From contig OZ250173.1 in NCBI GenBank assembly GCA_965238075.1, forward strand, positions 256,001 through 320,000: a DNA stretch of 64,000 nt. The letters are read 5' to 3'. Source of the stretch: Candidatus Entotheonellaceae bacterium (GTDB taxonomy: Bacteria > Tectomicrobia > Entotheonellia > Entotheonellales > Entotheonellaceae). The first letter of the stretch is position 1. Each line of letters opens with the position of its first letter. The notes under the pieces are model-generated. The model did not search any database. It was not told where the DNA came from and was given only the letters and a program-made list of their open reading frames with translations. Shown here in pieces: positions 39,088 through 48,098 of the stretch. The position numbers and the translations under genes were made by a program.

Positions 39088-39202
39088 ACGCCCCTCCCTA
39101 TCCCGCCGCCGCAAAGGGGGGATTCGCTGCTCCCCGGCCCCCTGCCTGGCGAGGAAACCGCTATTCCCTCTCCCCTGGAGAGAGGGTTGGGGTGAGGGGG
39201 AA
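39088..39202. repeat. CCCCTC.../...GAGGGG palindromic repeat pair (REP-like)
   Basis: ccctctcccctggagagagggttggggtgagggg plus a degenerate inverted partner cccctccctatcccgccgccgcaaagggggga. Confidence 0.6.
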
Positions 39203-39438
39203 GTCCCGGAGTACACACCGTCTTAATCCGAAAGGGCTCTAATGACCAGTGGCCTCGGGGCAAGCGTCCCAACTGGGTTTATCGCCTTGACAGAGAATCC
39301 AAAAAAGGGTCTTTATTTACCTGTACATGAGTTTCTGAATGTTCTCGCACCTATCTTCTGCTCTGACTCTGGCGTATTGATTGAAACACACCGTCGGCAT
39401 CACGCCTGACGACAGCCTGAACGGAAGCCGCCGCAGCC

Positions 39439-40368
39439 ATGAACAACGCCATTCGACCGCCGTGGCTTGATGCCGCGGCGCTGCATGACCGCCCCGCCGG
39501 TGAGCGCTTGCAAATGCTGCTAGACAGACCGGGCGTTGTGACCGTTCCAGGAGCCCACGACGCGCTATCGGGACGCCTCGCCCAGCGCGCCGGTTTCGAG
39601 GCGTTGTACCTGTCCGGTGCGGCCCTCAGCGCTTCCATGGCTCTGCCGGACCTCGGCGTCATCACCCTGGAAGAATTGTGCCACGCTACCCGCCTGCTGG
39701 TGCGGGCCACCGGGCTGCCGGTTCTGGTGGACGGCGATACCGGATACGGCGAGGCGCTGAACGTCATGCGCCTGGTACGCGAATTGGAAGACGCCGGCGC
39801 CGCTGCGGTGCAGATCGAGGACCAACTCCTGCCCAAGAAATGCGGCCATCTCAACGACAAACGGCTGGCCGCTGCCGACGACATGGCCCGCAAAATCGCC
39901 GCCGCCCGGCGGGCCCGCACCCATTTGCAAATCATTGCGCGCACGGATGCCGCGGCGGTGAGCCTCGACGACGCCATCCAACGCGCCCGCCTTTATCGTG
40001 AGGCCGGCGCCGACATCCTGTTTCCCGAGGCGCTGACGTCGGATGACGACTTCCGCGCTGTTGCCGCGGCGGTGGACGCTCCGCTGCTGGCCAACATGAC
40101 GGAATTCGGCCGCACCTCCTACCGGGATGCCAGGGCTTTCGAGGCGTTGGGGTTCAAGCTGGTCATCTGGCCGGTGTCCTCGCTGCGGGTGGCTGCCAGG
40201 GCCGTCGCTTATCTGTATGAACATTTGGCCGCCACGGGGCAGACGTCGGACTTGCTGGACCGCATGCAGACGAGAGCGGAACTCTACGACACCCTGGGCT
40301 ACCACGACTTTGAGGCCCTCGACCAATCCATCGCCGCCAGCGTGGTGCCGCCGGCCCCAGGCGCGTGA
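39439..40368 (+). CDS. prpB: Methylisocitrate lyase (ICL/PEP mutase family)
   Basis: LYLSG, DGDTGYG, IEDQ..PKKCGHL, IARTDA, LANMTEFG. Confidence 0.85.
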   Translation: MNNAIRPPWLDAAALHDRPAGERLQMLLDRPGVVTVPGAHDALSGRLAQRAGFEALYLSGAALSASMALPDLGVITLEELCHATRLLVRATGLPVLVDGDTGYGEALNVMRLVRELEDAGAAAVQIEDQLLPKKCGHLNDKRLAAADDMARKIAAARRARTHLQIIARTDAAAVSLDDAIQRARLYREAGADILFPEALTSDDDFRAVAAAVDAPLLANMTEFGRTSYRDARAFEALGFKLVIWPVSSLRVAARAVAYLYEHLAATGQTSDLLDRMQTRAELYDTLGYHDFEALDQSIAASVVPPAPGA

Positions 40369-40388
40369 CAGGAAAGGAGCCCGACCCC

Positions 40389-41939
40389 ATGGTTTGGCAA
40401 CCGGAAATCGACGAACTCAACCAACGCCGGGAATTGGCCCGCCAGATGGGCGGCGAGATTGGAATCGGCAGACAGAGAAAGCGCGGCAAGCTGACCGTGC
40501 GCGAGCGGATCGAGGCGATTTCCGACCCGGAATCGTTCCAGGAGATCGGCGGGCTGGCCGGCAGCGCCACCTACAAGGGCGACAAACTGGTGGCTTTCAC
40601 CCCGGCCAACACGGTCATCGGCACGTCAAGACTCGACGGCCGCCGGGTGGTCCTGAACGCCGGCGATTTCACCGTGCGCGGTGGGGCCGCCGATGCCGCC
40701 GTCGGCAACAAAGGCGGTTATGCGCAACGCATGGCATGCGAATGGCGCCTCCCCTACGTGCGGCTGCTGGACGCCGCCGGCGGCAGTGTACGCACCTTTG
40801 AGCAGATCGGCCGTACCTACATTCCGGTGTCATCGAGTACGCCGGGAATCGAGCGGCTGCTGTGCACGGTGCCGGTGGTGTCGGCCGTACTGGGATCGGT
40901 GGCCGGATTGCCGGCGGTGGAAGCCTGCCTGTCGCATTTCAGCCTGATGGTGAAGGATATCAGCCAGGTTTTTCCCGGCGGTCCGCCGGTGGTGAAAGCC
41001 GCCCTCGGGTACGACATCAACAAGGAGGATCTGGGAGATGAACGAACGCAGATTTACGAGGCCGGCGTCATCGACAACCTGGCGGACAGCGAGGCCGACG
41101 CCTTTCGCATGATCCGGCGTTTCCTCAGCTACCTGCCGGCCAATGTCTGGCAACTGCCGCCGAGGGGTGAGTCCCCCGGAGACACGCAACGCCGCGAGGA
41201 AGCGCTATTGTCCGCCATTCCGAGGCAGAAACGGCGCGCCTATGATCCGTACGCCATCCTGGGTTATGTGCTCGACCCGGATTCGTTGTTCGAGATCGCC
41301 CCTTTGTACGGACGCTCCCGCATTACCGCCCTGGCGCGGGTCAACGGCTATCCGGTCGGCGTTATGGCCCACAACCCGCGATTTCTCGGCAGCTCCATGG
41401 ACTTGGCCGCTGGGCAGAAGGTCATCCGCTTCCTGCAGTTGTGCGACACCTTTCACCTGCCCATGGTGTATTTCGCTGACGAGCCGGGCTTCATGGTCGG
41501 ACTCGAAGCCCAAAAGCAGGGCATCCTGCGTGGCGGTGCCAAGATGATCTGCACCACCTACCGCACCCGCATGCCGTGGATCAGCGTCGTCATCCGGCAG
41601 CTTTACGGCGTTGCCGGACAATGCCACGACCGCCCCGGCGGCATGTTCCAGCGCGTTGCCTGGCCGTCGGCCCACTGGGGCTCCATGCACATCGAGGGCG
41701 GCGCCACTGCCGCTTATCGCCGCGAGATCGAGGCCGCCCCCGACCCCGAAGCCGCCCGCCGCGACATCGAAGCCCGCCTGCAAGCCATTGCCTCCCCTTT
41801 CCGAACCGCCGAAGCCTTCAACATCGAAGACATCATCGACCCCCGCGACACCCGCCCTATGCTTTGCGACTTCATCGAGACCGCCCAAGACGTTCTGCGC
41901 ACCCAACTTGGCGCCAGCGCCGTGCCTTATCAGCCATGA
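40389..41939 (+). CDS. Acyl-CoA carboxylase carboxyltransferase subunit
   Basis: RGKLTVRERI, DFTVRGG, GGPPVV, CDTFHLP, DEPGFMVG, IIDPRDTR. Confidence 0.9.
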   Translation: MVWQPEIDELNQRRELARQMGGEIGIGRQRKRGKLTVRERIEAISDPESFQEIGGLAGSATYKGDKLVAFTPANTVIGTSRLDGRRVVLNAGDFTVRGGAADAAVGNKGGYAQRMACEWRLPYVRLLDAAGGSVRTFEQIGRTYIPVSSSTPGIERLLCTVPVVSAVLGSVAGLPAVEACLSHFSLMVKDISQVFPGGPPVVKAALGYDINKEDLGDERTQIYEAGVIDNLADSEADAFRMIRRFLSYLPANVWQLPPRGESPGDTQRREEALLSAIPRQKRRAYDPYAILGYVLDPDSLFEIAPLYGRSRITALARVNGYPVGVMAHNPRFLGSSMDLAAGQKVIRFLQLCDTFHLPMVYFADEPGFMVGLEAQKQGILRGGAKMICTTYRTRMPWISVVIRQLYGVAGQCHDRPGGMFQRVAWPSAHWGSMHIEGGATAAYRREIEAAPDPEAARRDIEARLQAIASPFRTAEAFNIEDIIDPRDTRPMLCDFIETAQDVLRTQLGASAVPYQP

Positions 41940-43285
41940 ACGCGCCCAACACCGACCTTTTTTCCAATGCCGAAGCCGCAGCCACCAAACGGAACCGGGT
42001 GCGTTCCAAGGACCGGGCCGTGCATGACTGGTATCGCTTCGTGCTGTCGTTCCCGCCGCACTTGGTGCAACACTACTTGGAACGCTTTGCGATCAGCCCT
42101 TCCGATACCATCCTGGATCCCTTCTGCGGCACCGGCACGACGTTGGTCGAATGCAAGAAGTCCGGCATTCCCAGCGTCGGCATCGAGTCGAACCCGATGG
42201 CGCGATTCGCAAGCGGGGTGAAGGTCGATTGGTTGATCAGCGGCGACCGGCTGCGGGAATACGCGGAGACCGTCGGCTCGTCGACACGCAATGTTCTGGC
42301 GCAACAAGGCATTGACGAATGGAACGGCCTGCCGCTTTTTGCGACAACCGGCGAACCGCCTTGCCCCCTTCTTGAACTTCCTGCCGCGCGCTTAAACCTG
42401 CTGTTGAAGAACTCAATCAGCCCGCTTCCCCTGCACAAGACGTTGGTACTCCTGGCCGCCATCGACGGGCACGGCGGTAGTCACGAACAGCAGTATGGAA
42501 GACTTGCCCTCGCCAATGCGCTCGTGAATCGCATCGGCAATTTGAAATTCGGGCCGGAGGTAGGCGTCGGCCAAGTCAAGCACGATGCACGGGTCGTGGA
42601 CGTCTGGATCGACATCATGCAAAAGATTGCCAGCGACATTGAGGCGCACAAAGACCGGGCCGGAATCCCCGCCAAGGTCATGCAGGCCGACGCACGAGCT
42701 GCGGGTGAGGTTCTCGAACCGGAGTCGGTGAATGCCGTGATTACCTCTCCGCCGTACCCAAACGAAAAAGATTACACCCGTACCACCCGGTTGGAGTCGG
42801 TCATTCTTGGGCTTATTCGCAACCGGCAGGAATTGCGTTCGTTGAAACAGAACCTGATCAGGTCCAACACGCGCGGTGTCTACATATCCGATGATGATCA
42901 CCATGGGGTCGCGGACAATGCTGAGATTCAACGGATCGCCGAAGCCATCGACAAGCGCCGCATCGAGTTGGGCAAAACGTCCGGCTTTGAACGCATGTAC
43001 GCACGGGTCACCCGATTGTACTTCGGCGGCATGCATCGCCATCTTGCGTCTATGCGATCCGTTCTCAAACCGGGAGCAAGGCTAGCCTATGTTGTGGGTG
43101 ATCAGGCGTCGTATCTGCGCGTCATGATCCGTACCGGCCAGATCCTTTCCCAAATTGCCGAGTCTTTGGGTTACGTCGTCACAGGCATTGACCTGTTTCG
43201 CACTCGGCCGTCCACCGTGACCGGCGAACAACTCAGGGAAGAGGTCGTCCTGCTGGAATGGCCGGGTCACTTATCAAGGAGGTAG
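41936..43285 (+). CDS. DNA amino-methyltransferase (probably N4-cytosine)
   Basis: HDWYRF, LDPFCGTGTT (motif I) preceding TSPPY (motif IV), VVGD; ATGA overlap with the upstream gene. Confidence 0.9.
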   Translation: MNAPNTDLFSNAEAAATKRNRVRSKDRAVHDWYRFVLSFPPHLVQHYLERFAISPSDTILDPFCGTGTTLVECKKSGIPSVGIESNPMARFASGVKVDWLISGDRLREYAETVGSSTRNVLAQQGIDEWNGLPLFATTGEPPCPLLELPAARLNLLLKNSISPLPLHKTLVLLAAIDGHGGSHEQQYGRLALANALVNRIGNLKFGPEVGVGQVKHDARVVDVWIDIMQKIASDIEAHKDRAGIPAKVMQADARAAGEVLEPESVNAVITSPPYPNEKDYTRTTRLESVILGLIRNRQELRSLKQNLIRSNTRGVYISDDDHHGVADNAEIQRIAEAIDKRRIELGKTSGFERMYARVTRLYFGGMHRHLASMRSVLKPGARLAYVVGDQASYLRVMIRTGQILSQIAESLGYVVTGIDLFRTRPSTVTGEQLREEVVLLEWPGHLSRR

Positions 43286-43288
43286 CCC

Positions 43289-44092
43289 ATTCCTACTCAA
43301 AACCGTTACGCCACCATCATCGAGGCAATTTTCCAAGCCAAATACCAGCCGGACGAGCGCAGTGTTGATTTTGAACGGGAAGATATCGTCGCCTTTGCAT
43401 CTGAGTTGAACGTCAACCTGCCCAAAAATCTCGGTGACCTCATATACAGCTTCCGATACCGAACGGACCTGCCGGCCAGCATTCTGAGCACGGCTCCTCA
43501 AGGTGAAACCTGGATCATCCGGTCAGCAGGTAGGAGCAGGTATCGCTTCGTGTTGGTCGGTAATGTGCCCCTCACGCCGAACCTGAATCTCGCGGTTACC
43601 AAGATACCTGACGCCACGCCGGGGATAATCGGCAAGTACACATTCAGCGATGAGCAAGCGGTTTTGGCCCGCGCTCGGTACAACCGCTTGATCGACATAT
43701 TCCTCGGCATTGCCTGTTACTCGCTGCAGAATCATTTCCGCACCACGGTTCCCGGCATGGGACAGGTGGAGACCGACGAAATGTACGTGGGGGTGGACAA
43801 GAGCGGCGCGCACTACGTGATACCCGTGCAAGCCAAGAGCGGGAACGACCGGCTCAGCCGCGTACAGATCGAGCAGGATGTCGCTCTTTGTGCGAGCAAA
43901 TTGCCGTCGCTCATCTGTCGACCCGTTGGCATCCACATGATGCGAACCGATCTTGTGGCGCTTCTCGAATTTGAGCAGAATGACGATGACATCAGGGTGG
44001 TTACGGAAAATCATTACCGACTTGTACCGCCTGACGATGTCACCGACGAAGACTTGATGAGGTACCGGCAGCGGATTTCGGACAGGGCATGA
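43289..44092 (+). CDS. Putative cognate restriction endonuclease (PD-(D/E)xK-like); apparent ATT start
   Basis: Adjacent to the MTase; QVETDE...PVQAK nuclease-like motif; AAGGAGGT SD 5 nt before an in-frame ATT; frame open from 43289. Confidence 0.7.
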   Translation: MPTQNRYATIIEAIFQAKYQPDERSVDFEREDIVAFASELNVNLPKNLGDLIYSFRYRTDLPASILSTAPQGETWIIRSAGRSRYRFVLVGNVPLTPNLNLAVTKIPDATPGIIGKYTFSDEQAVLARARYNRLIDIFLGIACYSLQNHFRTTVPGMGQVETDEMYVGVDKSGAHYVIPVQAKSGNDRLSRVQIEQDVALCASKLPSLICRPVGIHMMRTDLVALLEFEQNDDDIRVVTENHYRLVPPDDVTDEDLMRYRQRISDRA

Positions 44093-44109
44093 CGGTAAGG
44101 ATCGTCAAG

Positions 44110-45966
44110 TTACGCCTGCACCGGCAGTACCACGTGCGACGGATGCTCCGAGTCGTGGTAGACCGTCTGGTGTGCTTCCTGGCAGCGTTGCTCCAGACCG
44201 AGGGGACCGCCAGTGTTGGGGTTGACGTCGAAGCGGGGCCAGTTGCTGCTGCTGACATCGAGCCGGATGCGGTGGCCGGCCTTGAAGACATTTGAGGTGG
44301 GATAGAGGAAGAAGACGAACTCGTACGCCTGCCCCGGCGTCAGGAACTCCGGCTTTTCGTAGCCATTGCGGTAGCGCGCCCGGATGATGGAGTCGGTGAT
44401 GTTGATGGCCAAGCCGTCCGGGTGCTCCGTGCTGGGCGGGTAGACGTCGATGAGCTTGGCGGTGAAATCCGTGTCGGGAGCCGATGACGACGCCCACAAG
44501 TGCATCTCGATGGGCCCCGTTACCTCCAGCGCCTCGTCCAGCGGCGGCGTCTCGAAGGGCAACACGTCGGGCCGCGCGTTCAGCGGCAATGTATCCCGGC
44601 AGCCGAAGAAATCGGCGCGGCCGCGCTGGTCAAAGCCGCCGGGCTGCATGGCGTCATCCACGGCGGAAATGCCACCGCCGATGGTCGGTACGGGATTCCG
44701 TGGATCAAACGTGTAGCGGCTCGGCTCGGACGCGCCGGACTCCGGCCTGTCCGGCGACAGCACGCCACCGCCATTCAGGTAGTAAGGCGTGTAGCGTGTA
44801 TCCGGCAATGGCCAGTCGGGGGCGTTGCGCCAGTAGCCGCCGTGATGTATCCGCCCCGGAAAATCGCCAGGGCCGCCCGGCGCGCCCTGGATGACGCGGC
44901 GACCATCGCCGGTTCCCATGGTGAAAAAACGCACCGGCGACCAATCCGCCGCCTCGCTGCGCAGGCCCTTCAGCCAGCGGTCGAACCACAGCAGCTTCAT
45001 GTCCAGATAATTGACGTGCGCTTCCGTGCCAAAGTCGAGGTCGCCTGAGTACGTCACCTCATATTGCCCGTGCGTCCACGGTCCCATCAGCAGGTACTGC
45101 GGCGATTGTTTGAGGGCACTGAGACGCATGTAGCTTTCGGTGGTGTTACGGGCGTATGAGTCGTACCAGCCGCCCCAGTATAACGTCGGCACGTCAGCGT
45201 GCTCGTCATAGTACTCGCTCGGCGTGTAGCCCCTGAAGCCCTTCCAGTAGTCGTCGTAATCCGCGTGGGTGAGCACATCCAAGGCCCAACGTTCGTACGA
45301 CGGCAGGCGGCGCAGCAGGGTCGTGCCGGCTTTGAGGGGGAACTGCCGCACCATCTCGGGAATCTTTTCCATGAGCACCTGTTGCAGCGCGGTCTTCAAG
45401 GCGGGATCGGCCTCGGCCTCCTTGCTGGTCGCCGCCATACGAAAGGCATAGATCAGAAACCGCTGCTCCAGGGCGCCGTTGTGGCGCATGGAACTGTGGT
45501 AGTAATTCGAGGCACCGACCGCCACGATCATCGTCGCCAGATGCGGCGGGTTCAGTGTCGCCAAGGCGCTCTGGTCGCTGCCGGCGTACGAGTCGCCCAT
45601 GGTGCCGACTTTGCCCGTGCTCCAGGGCTGGGTGCCGAGCCACTCCACCGTTGCGTAGCCGTCCTCCGCCTCCCTGGCGAAGGCGTACCACTCCCCTTCC
45701 GAAGCAAACCGCCCGCGTACGTCCTGAATTGCGCACACGTAGCCGCGTCGCGCAAAATACTTTCCCTTGGTTACTTGTGCCGGCGCCGCCTTGTTGTATG
45801 GCGTGCGCTCCAGAATCACCGGAAACATCCCCGGCGCTCGGGCATCGCCAAGCGCCGGGTAATAGATATCGGCGGCCAGGCTGACGCCATCCGGCATAGG
45901 GGCCATGACGTTGTGCTCAATCGCCACGCTGTATGCTTGAGGGGACCCTTCGTAGTTATTCGTCAT
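44110..45966 (-). CDS. CocE/NonD family hydrolase
   Basis: RTPYNK, QDVRGRFASEG, GDSYAG, GGWYD, GPWTH, IRLDVSSSNWP. Confidence 0.93.
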   Translation of the reverse strand: MTNNYEGSPQAYSVAIEHNVMAPMPDGVSLAADIYYPALGDARAPGMFPVILERTPYNKAAPAQVTKGKYFARRGYVCAIQDVRGRFASEGEWYAFAREAEDGYATVEWLGTQPWSTGKVGTMGDSYAGSDQSALATLNPPHLATMIVAVGASNYYHSSMRHNGALEQRFLIYAFRMAATSKEAEADPALKTALQQVLMEKIPEMVRQFPLKAGTTLLRRLPSYERWALDVLTHADYDDYWKGFRGYTPSEYYDEHADVPTLYWGGWYDSYARNTTESYMRLSALKQSPQYLLMGPWTHGQYEVTYSGDLDFGTEAHVNYLDMKLLWFDRWLKGLRSEAADWSPVRFFTMGTGDGRRVIQGAPGGPGDFPGRIHHGGYWRNAPDWPLPDTRYTPYYLNGGGVLSPDRPESGASEPSRYTFDPRNPVPTIGGGISAVDDAMQPGGFDQRGRADFFGCRDTLPLNARPDVLPFETPPLDEALEVTGPIEMHLWASSSAPDTDFTAKLIDVYPPSTEHPDGLAINITDSIIRARYRNGYEKPEFLTPGQAYEFVFFLYPTSNVFKAGHRIRLDVSSSNWPRFDVNPNTGGPLGLEQRCQEAHQTVYHDSEHPSHVVLPVQA

Positions 45967-46010
45967 GGCCTTCCTTTCTTCTGTTGCGCCTTTCATTGTG
46001 TATCCCGCGG

Positions 46011-46145
46011 CAGGGTAAGCGCATATGGCGTTACCCAGGGGCAAACCGCTTGCGTCTAGCCTTTACCCCTCGACGGAATATCAAGGGGTAATTCGAAAAA
46101 TTGCTGGAACCAAACGCATGGCAATGCTCATATGCGCTTACCCTG
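46011..46145. mobile_element. 135-bp MITE with 17-bp terminal inverted repeats and a target-site duplication
   Basis: CAGGGTAAGCGCATATG / CATATGCGCTTACCCTG; flanks tatcccgcgg and catcccgcgg; internal hairpin ttacccct...aggggtaa. Confidence 0.85.
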
Positions 46146-46253
46146 CATCCCGCGGCAGCCTTATCAACGATCTTGCGGGTTCCATGATAACCTACCTGAT
46201 TCATGTAAGCTGAACTGAGCGGTCACCGCCTTTCATCGGAAGGAGAGAATACA

Positions 46254-47111
46254 TTGGGCAAGCTGGATGGCAAGGTAACGATCGTCACCGGGGCAAGCCG
46301 GGGTATCGGCGCTGAAATTGCCAAGTTATTCGCGGCGCAGGGCGGCAAGATCGTCTGCGTAGCGCGGACGGTGCAGGAAGGCACGCACCCGCTGGAGGGT
46401 TCGCTGGAAAAAACGGTCGCTGACATTCGCGCGGCGGGCGGCGAAGCCAGCGCGGTGCAGGCCAACATATCGTTGCCCGAGGAGTGCGAAGCGCTCGTGA
46501 AGGAGAGCCGGCGGATATACGGCCCGGTGCAAGTATTGGTCAACAACGCGGCCCTCACCTACTTCCTGCCGATACGGGAATATGCCTTGAATCGCTGGAT
46601 GCGCTCGTGGGCCGTGAACCTCCATGCCCCGTTCATCCTCAGCAAATTGGTGTTGGACGACATGGTAGAAGCCCGCAGCGGCAGCATCGTCAACATCTCG
46701 TCAGCCGCTGCCGTGGGGCCCGGCAGGGGTCCGTATCCCGACGACAGCAGCGCGTTGCGCGGCGGCACCTGTTACGGCGCCGAAAAAGCGGCTCTCGAGC
46801 GCTTCAGCCAGGGCTTGGCGCACGAGGTCTACCCGTTCGGTGTTTCGATTACCTGCGTCTCGCCCTCGCTCGTCGTCCCGACACCGGGAACGGTGTTTCA
46901 CAACCTCGTCACCGGTATGGACGACCCACGCGGTGAGCCTCCCGAATTGATGGCGCAAGCGGTTCTGCTGCTGGCCACGGAACCCCTGGATGCCGTTACC
47001 GGACGAGTGACCTACAGCCAGCAGATCCTCCTGGAATACGGCCTGATCAAAGAAGGCAGAGGCCGCGGCGTTGATCCCAACATGCCGACGACCTGTTACA
47101 GCCAACGCTAG
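46254..47111 (+). CDS. SDR family oxidoreductase
   Basis: TTG start after AAGGAG; TGASRGIG, NNAA, YGAEK. Confidence 0.9.
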   Translation: MGKLDGKVTIVTGASRGIGAEIAKLFAAQGGKIVCVARTVQEGTHPLEGSLEKTVADIRAAGGEASAVQANISLPEECEALVKESRRIYGPVQVLVNNAALTYFLPIREYALNRWMRSWAVNLHAPFILSKLVLDDMVEARSGSIVNISSAAAVGPGRGPYPDDSSALRGGTCYGAEKAALERFSQGLAHEVYPFGVSITCVSPSLVVPTPGTVFHNLVTGMDDPRGEPPELMAQAVLLLATEPLDAVTGRVTYSQQILLEYGLIKEGRGRGVDPNMPTTCYSQR

Positions 47112-47130
47112 CTCGGGGGCGCTTGACCCC

Positions 47131-47177
47131 GGTTGGCGGGCATGGGATGATCCCCGCCTGTCAACCCGCCTTTTTTG
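47131..47177 (+). terminator. Putative intrinsic terminator
   Basis: Imperfect stem ggttggcgggc...gcctgtcaacc followed by a T run. Confidence 0.45.
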
Positions 47178-47231
47178 CCAAATCAATCGCCACACAACGT
47201 AACCGCTATCGCCCAAAAGGAGAGGTGAAAA

Positions 47232-48068
47232 ATGCTCATTGGCGTCAGCATGTTCGCAACCGATTACGCCATCCAAATCGATGACCTGGCCCGCGAGGCC
47301 GAGGCCCGAGGCTTTGAGTCGCTGTGGGTTCCCGAACACACCCACATCCCCAGCAGCCGGCGAACCCCGTGGCCGGGCGGCGCCGAATTGCCGAAGGAAT
47401 ACAGCCATACATACGACCCGTTCGTGGCCCTCATGTTCGCCGCTGCAGTCACCAGCACCATCAAGATCGGCACCGGCATCTGTCTGGTTATCGAGCGCGA
47501 CACCATTACAATGGCCAAGGAAATCGCCAGCCTTGACCGCCTTTCGGGCGGGCGTTTTCTGTTCGGCGTCGGCGGCGGCTGGAACGCTGAGGAGATGGAG
47601 CACCACGGCACGGCATTCAAGACACGTTTCAGAAAAATGGTCGAGCAGGTGCAGGCCCTGAAAACCATCTGGACGCAGGACGAGGCTGAGTTCCACGGTG
47701 ATTTTGTCAACTTCGACGCACTGTGGTCGTGGCCCAAACCCCTGCAGCAGCCGCACCCGCCGATCTTCCTCGGCGGCGAGACGTCATACACCCTGCAGCG
47801 CGTGGTGGATTACTGCGACGGCTGGTTGCCGCGCAGCCGTCGGCCGGAACTGATCCTGCAAGGAATCGGCGAACTCAGGGAACGCGCCGCCAAGGCGGGG
47901 CGTGACATGAAGACGATCTCCGTCACCGCCTCCGGCGCGCCGGGGGACCCCAAGTTGGTCGACAGCTACCGTGAAGCCGGCTGCGATCGCTGCATTTTCA
48001 GCCTGCCGTCGGCTGAGCGCGACACCGTGCTGCCCCTCCTCGACAAATACACGTCCTTCATTCAGTAG
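47232..48068 (+). CDS. LLM-class F420-dependent oxidoreductase
   Basis: WVPEHTHIP, DPFVAL, SLDRLSGGRF.FGVG.GWN, PKPLQQPHPP. Confidence 0.9.
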   Translation: MLIGVSMFATDYAIQIDDLAREAEARGFESLWVPEHTHIPSSRRTPWPGGAELPKEYSHTYDPFVALMFAAAVTSTIKIGTGICLVIERDTITMAKEIASLDRLSGGRFLFGVGGGWNAEEMEHHGTAFKTRFRKMVEQVQALKTIWTQDEAEFHGDFVNFDALWSWPKPLQQPHPPIFLGGETSYTLQRVVDYCDGWLPRSRRPELILQGIGELRERAAKAGRDMKTISVTASGAPGDPKLVDSYREAGCDRCIFSLPSAERDTVLPLLDKYTSFIQ

Positions 48069-48098
48069 GGACGGCTTCCGAAAAGGGACTTCATTCAC

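Noticed and set aside
43283-43285. Pyrrolysine recoding of the MTase TAG
   Set aside because: No pyl genes in the window, and the strong SD favours independent initiation; generic readthrough is kept only as a minor hypothesis.
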